From Camelus ferus (lineage: Eukaryota): 64,000 nt of DNA. The notes beneath the pieces were generated by a model that was not told where the DNA came from, made no database searches, and saw nothing but the letters and a program-made list of their open reading frames with translations. A program made the position numbers and the translations under genes. The stretch covers positions 7,752,001-7,816,000 of the forward strand of contig NC_045696.1 of the NCBI RefSeq assembly GCF_009834535.1, given 5' to 3'. Below are positions 50,880-64,000 of the stretch, piece by piece; position 1 is the first letter of the stretch, and each line of letters opens with the position of its first letter.

Positions 50880-51600
50880 ATAGGGGCGCCTTGAATCAGC
50901 TGTCTCAGTTGCCGGCACCCCTAAGCTTGTGGACTCCCGCCGAGCGTCCACTTTGGCTCCAGGCGCCTCTCTGCCCCTGCCCCGGGGCTCCTCCGAGCTC
51001 CCCTTTCTCTCCTGCTGCCAGGCGGACTCCGAAAGAAAGGGCCCGAGGCCAACGGCCTCCTCTGCGCGGCGGGAGAACCTGCGGCGCAGCGGCCTTCCTG
51101 CCCGGGCAGCCACCGCCGGCCCAGGGCCGTCGCGGGGGGCCTTGGGAAAGGCCTGCCCCTCGCTGGCCTCAGTTTCTCAACGACGAAGGGTTAGGTTAGT
51201 CTGGCGATTCCTGTGCTTCCTTCGGACTGTGCTAGTCATTTTCTGACTCCCGAAGTCCTGACTTGGCTTCTAGACTCCTCTTCGCCCAGGGATCCCTCCC
51301 GCTCCCGGGCTATGGAAAGCGAGGCCGCGCTGGGCACATCAGTTCTGCTCGGTATCTTTCCGTTCGCCGCCAAGAGCAGGGGCCGATCCGGGAGCTCCCG
51401 CCGCGGCGCGGGACCGCGTTGGTCCTACAAGCTCCCTGACGCCCGCGTCCTGACCCCGCGGCTCCTCCCGGCCCCATCCCAACCCCGCACCACCTCCTCG
51501 GCGAAGACCCGAGTCTCCCGGGAACAGGGTGAATCAATTATGGGCGCTGCTTCCGCGCTCCCGCGCTTCGAGCTACCAGAGGAGAGAGCGAGTTCTTTTG
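50880..51600. promoter_or_regulatory. Intron 1 CpG island
   Basis: Dense CpG and high GC. Confidence 0.65.
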
Positions 51601-53996
51601 CATAATTGAGGACTTCCTAAACTCATCTTTTTCTCTGCCGCTGGCACCCGGCTTGACCACTCTCCAGTCTCAGACTGATCTGAGGTGAAGCTGCAGGCCG
51701 CAGGCCTCTGAGCGCAGGGAGGAGCCCAGAGGCTGCTGTCCATCCCTCCAGGCCAATGCGCCTACTCCCCGCTTCAGCGCTGCAGGAGTGCTGGGGGCAA
51801 GATCAGGCCTCTTTCCGATTTGGGATCAATCCGCTCCCCATAGGTCAAGGGTTATTTCCAAAACTCTAGGGCCAAACAGCTCTCTCCCCGACCTCTCCTG
51901 GAATTCCAATCTCGATGGCCACCCCAGGGGACACACAAGACACTTCTCAACCACACCACTGGGAACAAAGCATAGGGGCCCTGAGTTTAGCGGTGGACCC
52001 CCAGCTAGCCCACCTCTGTAACCAGCTCAGAGCCAAGCAATTCTGGACCACAAAGCCTGGAGACCTGCTTCCCAGAGCTCGAACACACAGACCCAGTTTA
52101 AATATCTGCAGAAGCAGTACATCTGCCACTTCCTAATCTTTAGCAGCTTTCCTGGAAATCTCCAAATGGCTTACAATTACCCCTTTCTCCAGATCTCGCT
52201 TACTAACTTCTGACTTTTTAAAAAATCATTTAATCTGGTCATTTTTTGGTAATTTTTATTTCTAATGGTGTGGGAAGGGAACAGGAGAGGAGGCCGATGC
52301 CCTGTCTGGGTTCCACACCTGCTTTGTAGGATGCGGATTAAGAAACTGCTCACCAGAGAAAACCAGTTACCATGACTCCTCCACGAATGGGAAGCAAGTT
52401 TAGTCCTTACAAAACCTAATTCTTGTTTAATTTTCTCTGAAACTTCTGCAGGAGAGGAACCATCTCTACTTCGGTGGACAGCTGATGTATAGCGACTACC
52501 AGGCTGCAGCTCCCAATGGGAGGAGTGCAGGGGATGGGGCACCTCGGTTGCCTGGGGTTAAAAAGGGGGAGAATTTTCCCTTCTGAGACCTCTGGACTCT
52601 GGCGATCAGGTCACGGGCTCCTGCTCTGGGAGGAAAGTGCCTGCCTGGCTGCACAGCGCAGCTGGAAAGCACCGGCGTTAAGAAGAGGACACTGCTTCCG
52701 GCCCCCTTGGTTCCGTGTCCTGCGACGCTCAGCTCCCCAGCCGGCTGCGCTGCAGCGCTGGAGGCTGCGCTGGTGGACAGGCCCTCCTCGCTCCACCAGG
52801 GAGGTGGTGTGAAGGGCAGCTCAAGGTCCAGAGACAAATAAGGCTTAGGGGTGCCCACCATACAAAGATGGAGCTTACCGACTTTGCATCTGTCGCCTGG
52901 CCCAGGGACTGCCTTAATGGAAACACTCTGCACTAGAAAGACACCTGTCATGGCATGGCAGTGACCCTCCCTGAGCCCTGGAGCTGAAACTGTCTCCCTA
53001 GTCCCGTGCTGGGCGCCGGCTTCCGAGGCTCCGGAGGCTGACACAGCTCTAGTGGCTCCTGGGCCTGCAGGTCTTGGGAGGTGCCCATCAGGCCCCAGTT
53101 GGAGAAGAGTGTCCCAGACAAGTGTCAGAATCCCACCCGCCAGGCCGAAGGACACCCCTCTGTCCAGGGGACACAGACAATGGAAGGCGATCAGTTCAGA
53201 ACCCCTGGGACACTAAAAGGGACACTGTTGTGACTAGGCCTCCTCCAGCCCTGCTGCTTAGCCCTGGCAGCCACCATCACCCCAGGCCGTGTGCAGGTCA
53301 GGAATGCCCACCCAGTGTGCCACCATTTCTGACCACTTAACAGTCTGCTGGACCCTTGCATTCTGGCGACTCTTGCCCACCATGGCACCTGCCCCTCTGG
53401 GCTTATAATTTCAAACCAGCAAAGAAAACTATGCTCGGGCCTGCCTGCCACTTCCAGACTAACTGCCTCCTGCTCTCCCCTGCCGAATCTCGGCTCACCT
53501 ATTCGCGCTGTCTCTCCCACCCTGACTTGGAGCCTCAGCCCCAAGAAAAGCAAGCAGAGAAGAGACCACCTGAGAGGCCCAAGTCTGAGGCCTTTGCCCC
53601 GACAAGTGCTCTGCTGGGCACTGGGGCCTGCAAGGCCTAGGCCTCCTGGTGCACTCCTCCACTCTCTCCCATCTGGGACCAGCAAGAACCCTTCACCTCC
53701 GCCTAGGGTGGACGTGCTTCCCTTCCACGGAAAAAGGAACTTGAAGGAAAAGATACAAGGAGAATTAAAGGAATGAAGAAAGGAAAGAAGACAGACCAGA
53801 ATGGACCAGTCTGCTCGTGGAACAATTCCTGGTTCGCGCCCTACCAGCCCTGGGCTAGACGATGGTCTGTTCCCTCCGGCACCAAGGCCCTGGCCTCTCT
53901 CTCCACCAGAAGCCGTTTCCCGGCATGGCCTCCTCAAGACGCCCTGGCCCTGGCTGGGAGACCCAGGCGGCCCCTCCGGGCCAGCTCCGGCTCTCA

Positions 53997-54814
<818 letters not shown>

Positions 54815-54820
<6 letters not shown>

Positions 54821-54945
54821 CCACGTGCGACCGAGCCGCGTTTGTTTATGGCGGACCCGCCTTCGGGCGGAGCACTCGGCCTCGGTGGCCCGGGGAGGGG
54901 GGGCAGGAAGGGGGGAGGGACCGCGGCGGGGGCGGGGGCGGCGAA
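54815..54945 (-). promoter_or_regulatory. SIM2 core promoter candidate
   Basis: CATAAACAAA (TATA-like, overlapping a forkhead-type TAAACA) at 54841-54850, E-box CACGTG at 54822-54827, inverted GC boxes CCGCC-TTCG-GGCGG at 54857-54870, Sp/KLF-type GGGGCGGGGG at about 54928-54940. Confidence 0.6.
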
Positions 54946-57900
54946 TCTCGCCTCCCGACCCCGCCGCGGCCCCGGAGTCACAGGCGCGCTTCCGAGTCGC
55001 TGCCTCCAGGGACTCTCCCAGGAGAGATCTGCGCGCTCCCGGCCTCGAGGAAGTCGCGGTGAGTGCACACGGCGTGCGGCGGCAGCCAGCTCCGGCGAGT
55101 GGGTCTCTGGACCTGGGCGCTAGGATAAGCGGCGGGGAGGGGCGAAGGAGGAAGGGAAGGAGGAAGCGCTGCCTAGACCTCTTCTGTGGCTCCGGGGCAG
55201 GTACCCAGCTGGAGCAGCCAAAGTGCCCTGCGGAGGAGGACTGAGCCCTCCGAGCCCGCGCAGGCCCCGCACCCTCACTCTCCGCAGTTCGCAGGCCCGA
55301 GAGCCGAAAGGGGGTGGGGTGGGGCAGAGGGAAAGGAACCCCCACCCCCCGCCCCCGCTTAGGGAAACAGCGCGAGTGAGTCTCGGAGGTGACCCTCCTG
55401 CCCTTTCTCTCCTGGAAACAGGAGAACGAAAGGAGATTGGGGAGGCCGCGGGGACGCTCGGGTCGGACGGAGAGAGAAGACAGGGGAGCCGAACCTACCG
55501 GAGAGGCTTGGTCCCGGCCAGCGGTGGGAACAGAGCCCAATTGCACTCGCTCCTGAAGCGCAACCCAGAGCAGCCGGAATTTCTGGGAAGCGCGGCAGGG
55601 GCTGGGGCTTCAGGGAGAGGGGCACCGAGCGAGAGTCACTGGACGGGCATTGGTGATGGCCAAAATGATGGCGGCAGGAAGCAGTTGTAGTAGGGAAGGG
55701 TAGTTGGAGATGCAGTCGGCCGTAGGAAGTTCCAGCACTTTTCCCTCTGGGCTACACTGGACCTCGAGTCCTCTTGTACCCAACCCCACCCCGATTCTGC
55801 GCCTGCAACCCCGGAGGGTCCTCCACGCTACCCCGGCCATGGGGGTCGCACAAACCCCCATCCCTTCTAGAAGTCTCCAGACGCGGTGCTCCAGACGCTG
55901 CGTGGTCGCATGAGCTGGGAGGACTCAGACTTCCTGGCGCGCAGGGTCAGAGGGCAGCCACAGAGGACGCAGGGCAAGGGGTCCTGGGGTCTCTTGGCCA
56001 TGTGCCGAGGTTGTAAGGCTGTGGGGGACCTGATCTGGAGAACAGCGCGGGAGGTGAGACGCTGGAGCCCCGAGGCTGGCGCTAGGGTCTTGGTTCTTGG
56101 TGCCTTCTCGTTCTCTTTTCCCGGACCTGGAGGAGCCTGCTGCTCCCCAACTCACTGCGGGACAATGACCCGGTACTTGCCTCCGGGAGTTGGGAGAGCC
56201 TGGCCTACGGCCACCTTGTCTGCAGCAGGTGCTCCTGACCTTTTCCAGGGACCCTTTTGAAGGTCAGAAGTTCAATGGCTTTGGAGGCATAGTAGCTCCG
56301 TCGGTGGGCGGGACAGTGTGTACAGACCTTGGCTCGGACCTCACCTGCCTGGGCGCACTGCGGAACCCATAAGCCCATGAGCCGTAACCTTGCTCGCAGG
56401 GCTGGTGCTCCGAAACCCAGAAACCGCGCGAGCTCTGAAGTTGGCGACTCCCACCAAACGCTGGGCTCACGAAGGAACCAGCACTTTTCCCTTGGAGTTT
56501 CGGATCCAAGGGCACTTTCCTGTTTTCAGAAGTGCGCGCAGAGGATCGGGCGGGGCTGCTGATGAGCGGCTCCGGTTCGCAGTGCCCAAACGCAAGGGGC
56601 CAGCCGGCTTCCCTGCCGGGATCCCCCACTGGGATGCGCGGACAGTTGTCTCCAGGCTTCTGGGAGAAAGGACTCCACGGGGGAAGGGACTGCTGGGTGG
56701 GCCCCGCCGCCGCTTGCGCAGGCGGCCCCTGAGTGCGCTCAGGCACCTTCCTGGCTTCGGGAGGATTTAATGCTTCCCTCACCCCCACGATTTCCGATCC
56801 TCAATTATGGACCCGGGAGAATTCATCCCAGGCTTGAAAGGGATTACCCAGATCGCAGAAACATGGCTAAGTGGAAGTGGGAGAAACCCGACAAGTAACA
56901 GGAACAAACTTTTCTTAACCAAATTTCCCGGATGTTACGGGAACGCGTACTTGAGATCTCAATACTGGGTCTTCACAGTGACAGCTGGTGAGATATCGAA
57001 TCCCGTGGTGTGAGAAGTAGCATAAAGGAGCATGTGAAGACTCGCAGATGTGTGGTTGCGAGATACTTTCAGGCCCACAGTCTGCCCCAGCAAACGCCCA
57101 AGCGGGCCCTGTACCACCTCCACCACCAACACATTGGCTCAACACACACACTCACGGTAATGGGCCTGGGATCCCCCACAACACCACCAGAAGAACCCAA
57201 AGTACTTGGGCGCCGACCTCGAGATTTCCCAGGTGGGAAGGATAGTGATACCTGCGCGGAATGACAAAGGAAGAACCCCCACGCCTGGCTGGGGTCCTCC
57301 TAGGGCTCTCCCTAGCCAGAGGGAAGGCTTGGGGCCCTTAAGACACTTAGGACGACACCCACAGGCTAGCTCTGTGTAAACTGGATAAAGTACTAAACAC
57401 GTGCTAATTGGAGTGATCAGAAGCCGGCGGCCGCGGGTTGGGACACCTACTGCTTGTTCCTTGCTCCAGGGCTCCTGAAGCGGAGAGTACCTCCTAATCG
57501 GTGCTTTGGGCGGCAAGTCGAGCGCGTCGTCCAGGGCACGGAGACGGGACCGAAGGGGAGAAGCATAGAGCAGCGAAAGGCCCCCGAAGTCCGGGCATCA
57601 CCCAGAAACGGTGGTTCTACTACTGGCGGGGTAAGAGTCTGGAGAATCTAGAATGGAGGGAGGCTAGGGGCAGGAAGAGGGCAGGTGGGAAGAGAGTCGG
57701 GACACCTTGAGTCCTGAGAGCTTCTGGCACGCAGCCTGCATGCGGGGCGCCACCGTCCCCAGTTTGTTATGCTTCTAGCACTTGGGCGCACCCCGAGGCA
57801 CACAAACACGCCTCCGCATACCCCCCTACCTTTTAGAAATTTTCCATGAGGAAAGTGATCTGGAAGAAATTGAGGCCCTAAGAGGAAAGCGGCGGGGCCC

Positions 57901-60019
57901 AGCAGCCTCACATCTGCTCGAATTTTCCGCTTCAGATGCTCCGCAACAGTTTTTCCCCAGGCCGCGCCCGGCGCCTACCTGAGGCCCATCCCCCGCGGAA
58001 ACCGACTTTCGCGTGAGAGCAACGGGGAAATGCGCACATGTTCCATCTGGGATGGGCTGCTGCGGTGGCAGAAGAGGATGAGACTTTGTCCCTAAGGACG
58101 TGGGGAGGGGAGGACTTCTCCCAGGCCTAGCACTAGATTGGCGGGAGGGGGTTGGAACATCTGAAGTGATGTTTAAGGAGAACTTCAGCAGCCAGCTCAA
58201 AGCGAGACAACAGAAAATCCAGGATTGCGGAGATTCGAACCTATTCCATTTATAAACCCTTGTCTACACAGACAATTCGCACCATGTAGTTATTCCAGAA
58301 ACTCCCACTTGGGTTCCGTATCACGTATCTGATTATTTCGTGGCTAGGAGGCATTTTTGGTCTAAGCTACCTGAAAAACTACCTCAATTTTTCACTCCTT
58401 TCCTTGTTTAAGCCCAATGGAGATACCAACTTTTCCTGGGGTCATTGCTACTCCCAGGAAGGATCAGACAACAATTACTATATTACTACCCACTGTATCC
58501 AGAGCAATTTCAATGATTTATTCCTTGAGAGGTCAAGACAGTAACTCTATTCACTCGTTCCCAAGTGGTAGAGGGAGAGAAGTTTATTCCTTTTGTTTTG
58601 TTTTGCTTTTAATTATTTCACTGTCAGTTACCCCTTTGGAGAAAGTGTTTGCTTTTAGGTTGGTCAGCTTCTCTCTGATTATTTGATTATATCGCAGTAA
58701 CTAGGGCAGATCTGCCCTCGTGCACCGGGTCGGGGATTCCTTGGTCCAGTCCCTGGCGGGGTGCCCCACGTGGCTCTGCGTGTAGAGTGTGTACTGGAGG
58801 GGAGGGAGACAACCCCGGCCCACAGCAGTGGCTTATTCACACCTCTGCGCTTATCCGGACCTGCTCGAGGCTGACTCTACTCCTCTGGATTCCGAAGAGC
58901 GAGGTCCTTCTCGACCTGGTTGTCTGGGATGACTTCAGATCCTGGGACTGGGTGCTTGAGGGGGCCGGTTGGGGCAGTGCCTCCTATCCGAACAACATCG
59001 TAGCTACTGCTTACTTCTCTCCCTCCCTCAAGGCAGTGCATTTCGGAATCAAAAATAGTGCCACTGGTAATTATAGTGGATAGCAAAGTCCCCGAGCAAG
59101 GGCCGCAGGGAGCCACTGACGCCGTGTCAGGTTTGGGTAAACAGCGGCCACACGTTTCTTCTAATTTTACCTCGGGAGGGGAGTGAGAGGGTAGCGCTTT
59201 CCTCTGCATTCATTCCCTGTCTCCCAAACCTAGCCCCACTCTCTCCCCCATCTCTGAGAAGGTGCCGAGGACTACCGCATGCATACCGACATCCAGCGTC
59301 CTCGGGGGAGAGCGAGGATGCTGTTGGAGAGCAGGCAGTGCAGGGCAGAAGGAGAGGGGAGCTTAGTGTCCCGCGGGGACCTCCTCCCACCCTTCCACGA
59401 CCCGCTGCACGAAATCTCCGCAGTCCTCTCCCACAGTGTTCTCGCCCCGCCTCAACAGAAACATCGTCTCAAAATCCTGGTTCGGGGAGAGGCAGCTTAT
59501 TCGTTCCCCGGCAAAAACCTCGCCTTTCGCCGCCAGCGAGGCCGGGATCGCGTCTGGAAACCTTTGAGCTGGAGGAGTCTTAATAGTCTGGTGTGAGCTG
59601 AAATTTCTCAGTGGTTATATCGATTACATACCGCCTTGAAATCCGAAAACCAATTAATTCATTAACGACGGCACTGAAACCACCTTTCAAAAGCATCAAC
59701 CAAAAAGTTCCCTTAAAAAAAAAAAGAACAAAACCTATCCACCAGAGACAAATATTTCTGCGCATCAAAGAAAGCACAAACATGATACGCTTAATTTTTT
59801 TCTAGTAGGTAATAATAGTAATAGCCAATCCTTAACGTACGGCTGACTAAATATAGAGCTATTATAGTACGTTAAAGACACAAATGCATTTCATTTAATT
59901 AATATAAGGGGCTATTTGCAAAGCAAAGCTAACATTGGGGGAAACCTCCCTAATCTAAACAAATCCGTGGGAAGACAAACTAATTCATTCGCAGTTGAGG
60001 AGAGAAAGTTACCGAAAGG

Positions 60020-61330
60020 GCAGGGGGCAGCCGGGCAGGCTGGGTCGGCCCCCTCCAGCCTGGGCTGAGCGCGCCCAGCCGGCCCAATCCCGGGCGTGAG
60101 CATCTTTATGCTTCGCGCAGATTTTTTATTTTCCCTTAGTTTTAAGGGCTGGTATAAGAGGCAGGTTTCCTGAGAGGTACGCATCGGGGAACACACTTTT
60201 CCCTCCCTGGAGGAGAAGGAGCACACAGCAGAGGGCCGTCCCGCTTCAGAAATTTCCGGCGCGCCAAAGCCAGACTTCAGATCAGAGGAGCCGGGGGCCA
60301 CGCGGGTGTGCGGACCGCACCCTATCTGGCAGGGCACGCAGTAGGTGGCTGGGCCCTTTCGCGCGCCCTCCCTGTCTTGGGACAAATCCTGTCTTTGGGA
60401 GTTGCGGGCCCCACTCAGGGACGCGGGCCAAGCTTCAGCCTTCCCCGTCGCCAGAGGTCGTCTCAATTCCGCAGAAGGGATTCAGGAGTCCTACTCCCCA
60501 CGCTGGGTGCGGGCTCAGAAGGAAATTGTTTCGGACAGACTTTGCGCTGTGGTTCCCGCCTTTTGCGTGCGCAAAGTCTCCGGACTGCCCGCGTGGTCAG
60601 AAACGCGGCCTGGGCAGGTTGGCGAAAGGGGGCGCAAAGCGCACGGCCGCGGGAGTGGCTCAGTAAACAGAGAGGGTGGAGGGCTCAGGGAGTAACGGCG
60701 GGTCAGAGCGCTTGGGGTAGGGGTGTCAGTACACGCCCGGGGCAGGGTGCTCGGTGCGCACGGACAGGGTGCAGTGCACGAGGGAGTGGGAAGCTCTAGA
60801 GCACGCTTGAGCTCAGCGCTACGGCGGGGCGCAGTGTACACTGGAGGCGGATGTGGGGGGAGATCCCGGGTGCGCAACCAGGGAGCCGTGCAGGGAGCTG
60901 GAGCCGGTGCTGCTGTGCGCGCTGGGAAGTGTGCGGACGCTCACTTGCGTGCGTTAGAATATGCGGATGTCATCTCGGGCTTGTCCATCTCCCATCCTCC
61001 CCCTACTCGCCTGGCCTCGGCTTCGCCTCTCCCCACAGATTCTTTGCACAGGAGAAATAGGGACCAGAGGGATCTGGGGCCTGTGTGGGCCCGGCGGAAG
61101 GGAATGAGAGGCGGTGCAAGTGGGTGGAGAGTTTCCAGGTGGGAGATAAGCGGCCGGTGCTTTCATCTTGGCTTCACCAAAGACCCCGGAGCCGTGCCCA
61201 GCTCTAGCACTCTTAGCCCAGGTCCGGAGTCGAATTCTCACGTTGGCGGCTCAGCCTTCTTGAGGGAGATCCGGCCTGGTCCCCCAGTTGAGGAAGAAGG
61301 TCCAACTCCCCTCCGCGGTCCCTCGCGCCT
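60020..61330. promoter_or_regulatory. Upstream CpG island
   Basis: Dense CpG about 5-6.5 kb upstream of the SIM2 TSS. Confidence 0.65.
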
Positions 61331-64000
61331 CTTTTAGCTGCCCCAAGGCAGAATTCCTTTTAGGTGCCAGAGCAAATACCCCGGAGGAGGAGGAGGCACG
61401 GGGTAGAGCGCGTTTTCGTGTAAAACGAGACTTTTAAATTTAACGTTTTTCTCAATTCAAGAATATTTTCCCTGGCAAAAGCATTGGTTAGCTGATAAAC
61501 TACAGAGTGGATTCAAACCGTGCGGCTTATGAATATTTTTGGCCCCAACTCCAGCACCGTCTTCATTTTTCAGAGGGCGGAAACAAAATAATCTTGGTTA
61601 TAGCACCAACGCTCTTTTCACCCTGCGGGTGTAGACAAAGACATTATTTAATCTGACTACAGAATTCTCTGTACTTCTCTCCCAGAAGCTTTTGAACCAG
61701 GCAGGGTGAGCTCTCAGGCGCCGGGCAGATTTTCACCTTCAAGGGCACTTTCTCATCACTTTCCCCTTAATGGAAGGGGTGATCAGAGTGAGCGTGCAGC
61801 TTCATGGAGTTGTGCAAATGCTACTCAGCTCCCAAAGTTGAGGTCAATTAAACTGCTTGATTATGGTGGTGTGAGACCTAGTTTCAATCTTGCATTTCAT
61901 TTTGGAGAATTCCTAGCAACTGCCAGGCGTTGAGCTGGTAGTGGGGGTTGGGGCGAGAGGGGGATACTTGGAAGAGTTTAATGAGAAACCTAACTTTTGA
62001 ATTAATACAAGCAGGCATGGGGAAAAAAAGGCCCGGAGGTGGAGGGTGAAGGTGGTGGGAGGAGCGTGGTCCAGTAACCTGGGGAGGCAACAGGCCCCGG
62101 GTTCCACATCTTTCCGGGCTCTCAGCACTATCTGGACTGAAAGCGTTAGCTTCCAACACTTGTTAAACACTTTAAACTAGGTAGTGAGCACTGGAAAGCT
62201 CCTATGTGAATTTGCTTTACTTCCTGGATGGTTGGGGCCAGGGAGGAAAAAGCTCAGTGCCATGACTCCCCATGCACAAATAATTTTAGTGTTTATTGAT
62301 GTCTACTTAAAGTAATTGACCAGAAAATGCCTCCCTGTTTAAGCAACATACAGAATGCTCCATTGAAAGCTAATTGACCTATGTGTATTTCTGTTTAGTT
62401 TGATGTCTACATCGTCATTTTTGGAGACGCTGTCAACTCTGACGAATGAAGGAATGTGGAAGCCAGGGGAAATTGCACCTGCAGAAAGTGCTGGAATTCC
62501 AGGGCCAACTCCTCTCAACTGTCCTTTAAGAGTACGTGGACCTTAGTCGATTGTTTGAGATCCAGCAATTGGAGTTTCCTATAGGAAATACCAGAAATGG
62601 AAATCCATGCTCATTGCAAACATTTAAATTTCTGAGTGGCCTAAATTGAGCCAAGAGGCAAGGATCCTTACTGCCATGGCCACACCAGCTCCTGTAAAAG
62701 CTCCTGTAAACTTTCAGCTGAGGGTAGAAAGGCAGCAATTTAGACACACAGGGGTAATTTCTAGTTGGAAGGAAAGAAAAAAATGCTCCAAGTCAAGTTA
62801 GAAAATTTATATTGGTACAAAAATCCTTTGAACCTTGACAGTAAATGGATTTTGCTCATTATGTGGGTTGATTTTCTCAGCGGCCCACTACATGTGTGAA
62901 TCTGAGATTCATTCTTAGCAAAGATGACTAATGGATCTTTTAGGAATCTAGGCTTTAAAGTTGATTTTCTGTGTTGGTCATGGAAGCAGCTTGACTTTAG
63001 ATACTTTATGAGATGGTTGCCAAGGGAACTTGGGGCAAAATTTCTCGGGAGTGTCTCTAAAAACATTATTCATAATTAAAAAGTGATTCATAGAAATCAC
63101 CAGAAAAATTATGGCCAGTTGTGTTCGAACATGTTATTGAGCCATGTGGAATAAATAAAATCATTGCAGTCTGGTTGGGTAACGCTGCCTCCCAGCCTTC
63201 CTCTGACCATGCCAGGGGGACCTGATATAGCTTCACAGATGTGGGAGTGGCCTGTGGGACATGAGCCAAAGGGCATCTGCATTTTCTCCAGGTATTTCCT
63301 ATATTGATAATGCAAGTAATAATTACATCCCTTTAAAGACCCCTGATTACTAATCAGGACTATGCTATACTGAAGTCCAAGAGGTGGGTAAGGTAGCACT
63401 AAAACAAGTATCTAATAACCTAAGGGTTTGGATTTTTTTTTAAAGGGAAATAAAGACTGTGGAAAACCCCATATGATAGAATCTGAAAGACAGAATGAAC
63501 CTATTGCAACATAGACCCACCTGGTTATTGGTCAAATGATGTTCGACAGATTTTCTGGCATCTTAGTGGTGAAATTCTCAAAACAGACTCTCCTGCCGCC
63601 AAACTTTGCTCTGCAGGGAAAAGTAGGAGATTGAGGTCCCAAAGTTTTAGCAGTACCAATCTCTTCAGCTGGTAGTCATATGGGTACAACTGCCTCCTGG
63701 TAGAGAAGTAGGGCAAGGCTTGTTAATGCAGCTTCCAAAGGCACTGGATTTATAGTCTAACTCATCTTGGGCACAGGTGGACTGTGACAATATGTGTCAG
63801 TTGCTAATATTTATATGGAGAATCAGCATTTAATAGGGCGGTTAACTTTTAAATAATCCAAACAGAAGCAGCTGCACTTGCTAAAAAAAAAATACTCCCA
63901 CTGAACTGCACCTAAAAGAATAGATGCACTTTGCAGTCGTGCGCATGGTCACCCAGATGCACTGCGGCGTGACTTAGTAAGTTATTTTAGACCTCTTCGC

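Overview
Mammalian genomic DNA, probably camelid (inferred from a Vic-1-like tRNA-derived SINE family). It holds the tail-to-tail HLCS/SIM2 locus, orthologous to human 21q22.13. The + strand has the last three coding exons of HLCS (768-882, 3065-3278, 4800-4971) and a roughly 3 kb 3'UTR. The - strand has all 11 coding exons of the bHLH-PAS gene SIM2 (ATG at 54215, orthologous stop at 11201-11203), all with GT-AG boundaries in consistent phase, plus its CpG-island promoter and about 9 kb of upstream DNA. The main anomaly is that the summed SIM2 CDS is 2029 nt (3n+1), because of a 1-nt insertion in exon 11 near 11499-11504. This is either an assembly error or a real frameshift that replaces the C-terminal tail. 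Other points of interest are expanded poly-Ala/poly-Pro tracts, a 7-codon uORF whose stop overlaps the SIM2 ATG, a short-isoform read-through tail in a different frame from human, and nested retroelements with intact TSDs. I found no convincing novel multi-gene system; nearly all other ORFs in the track are GC-rich noise. Human comparisons are from memory and need checking by alignment.
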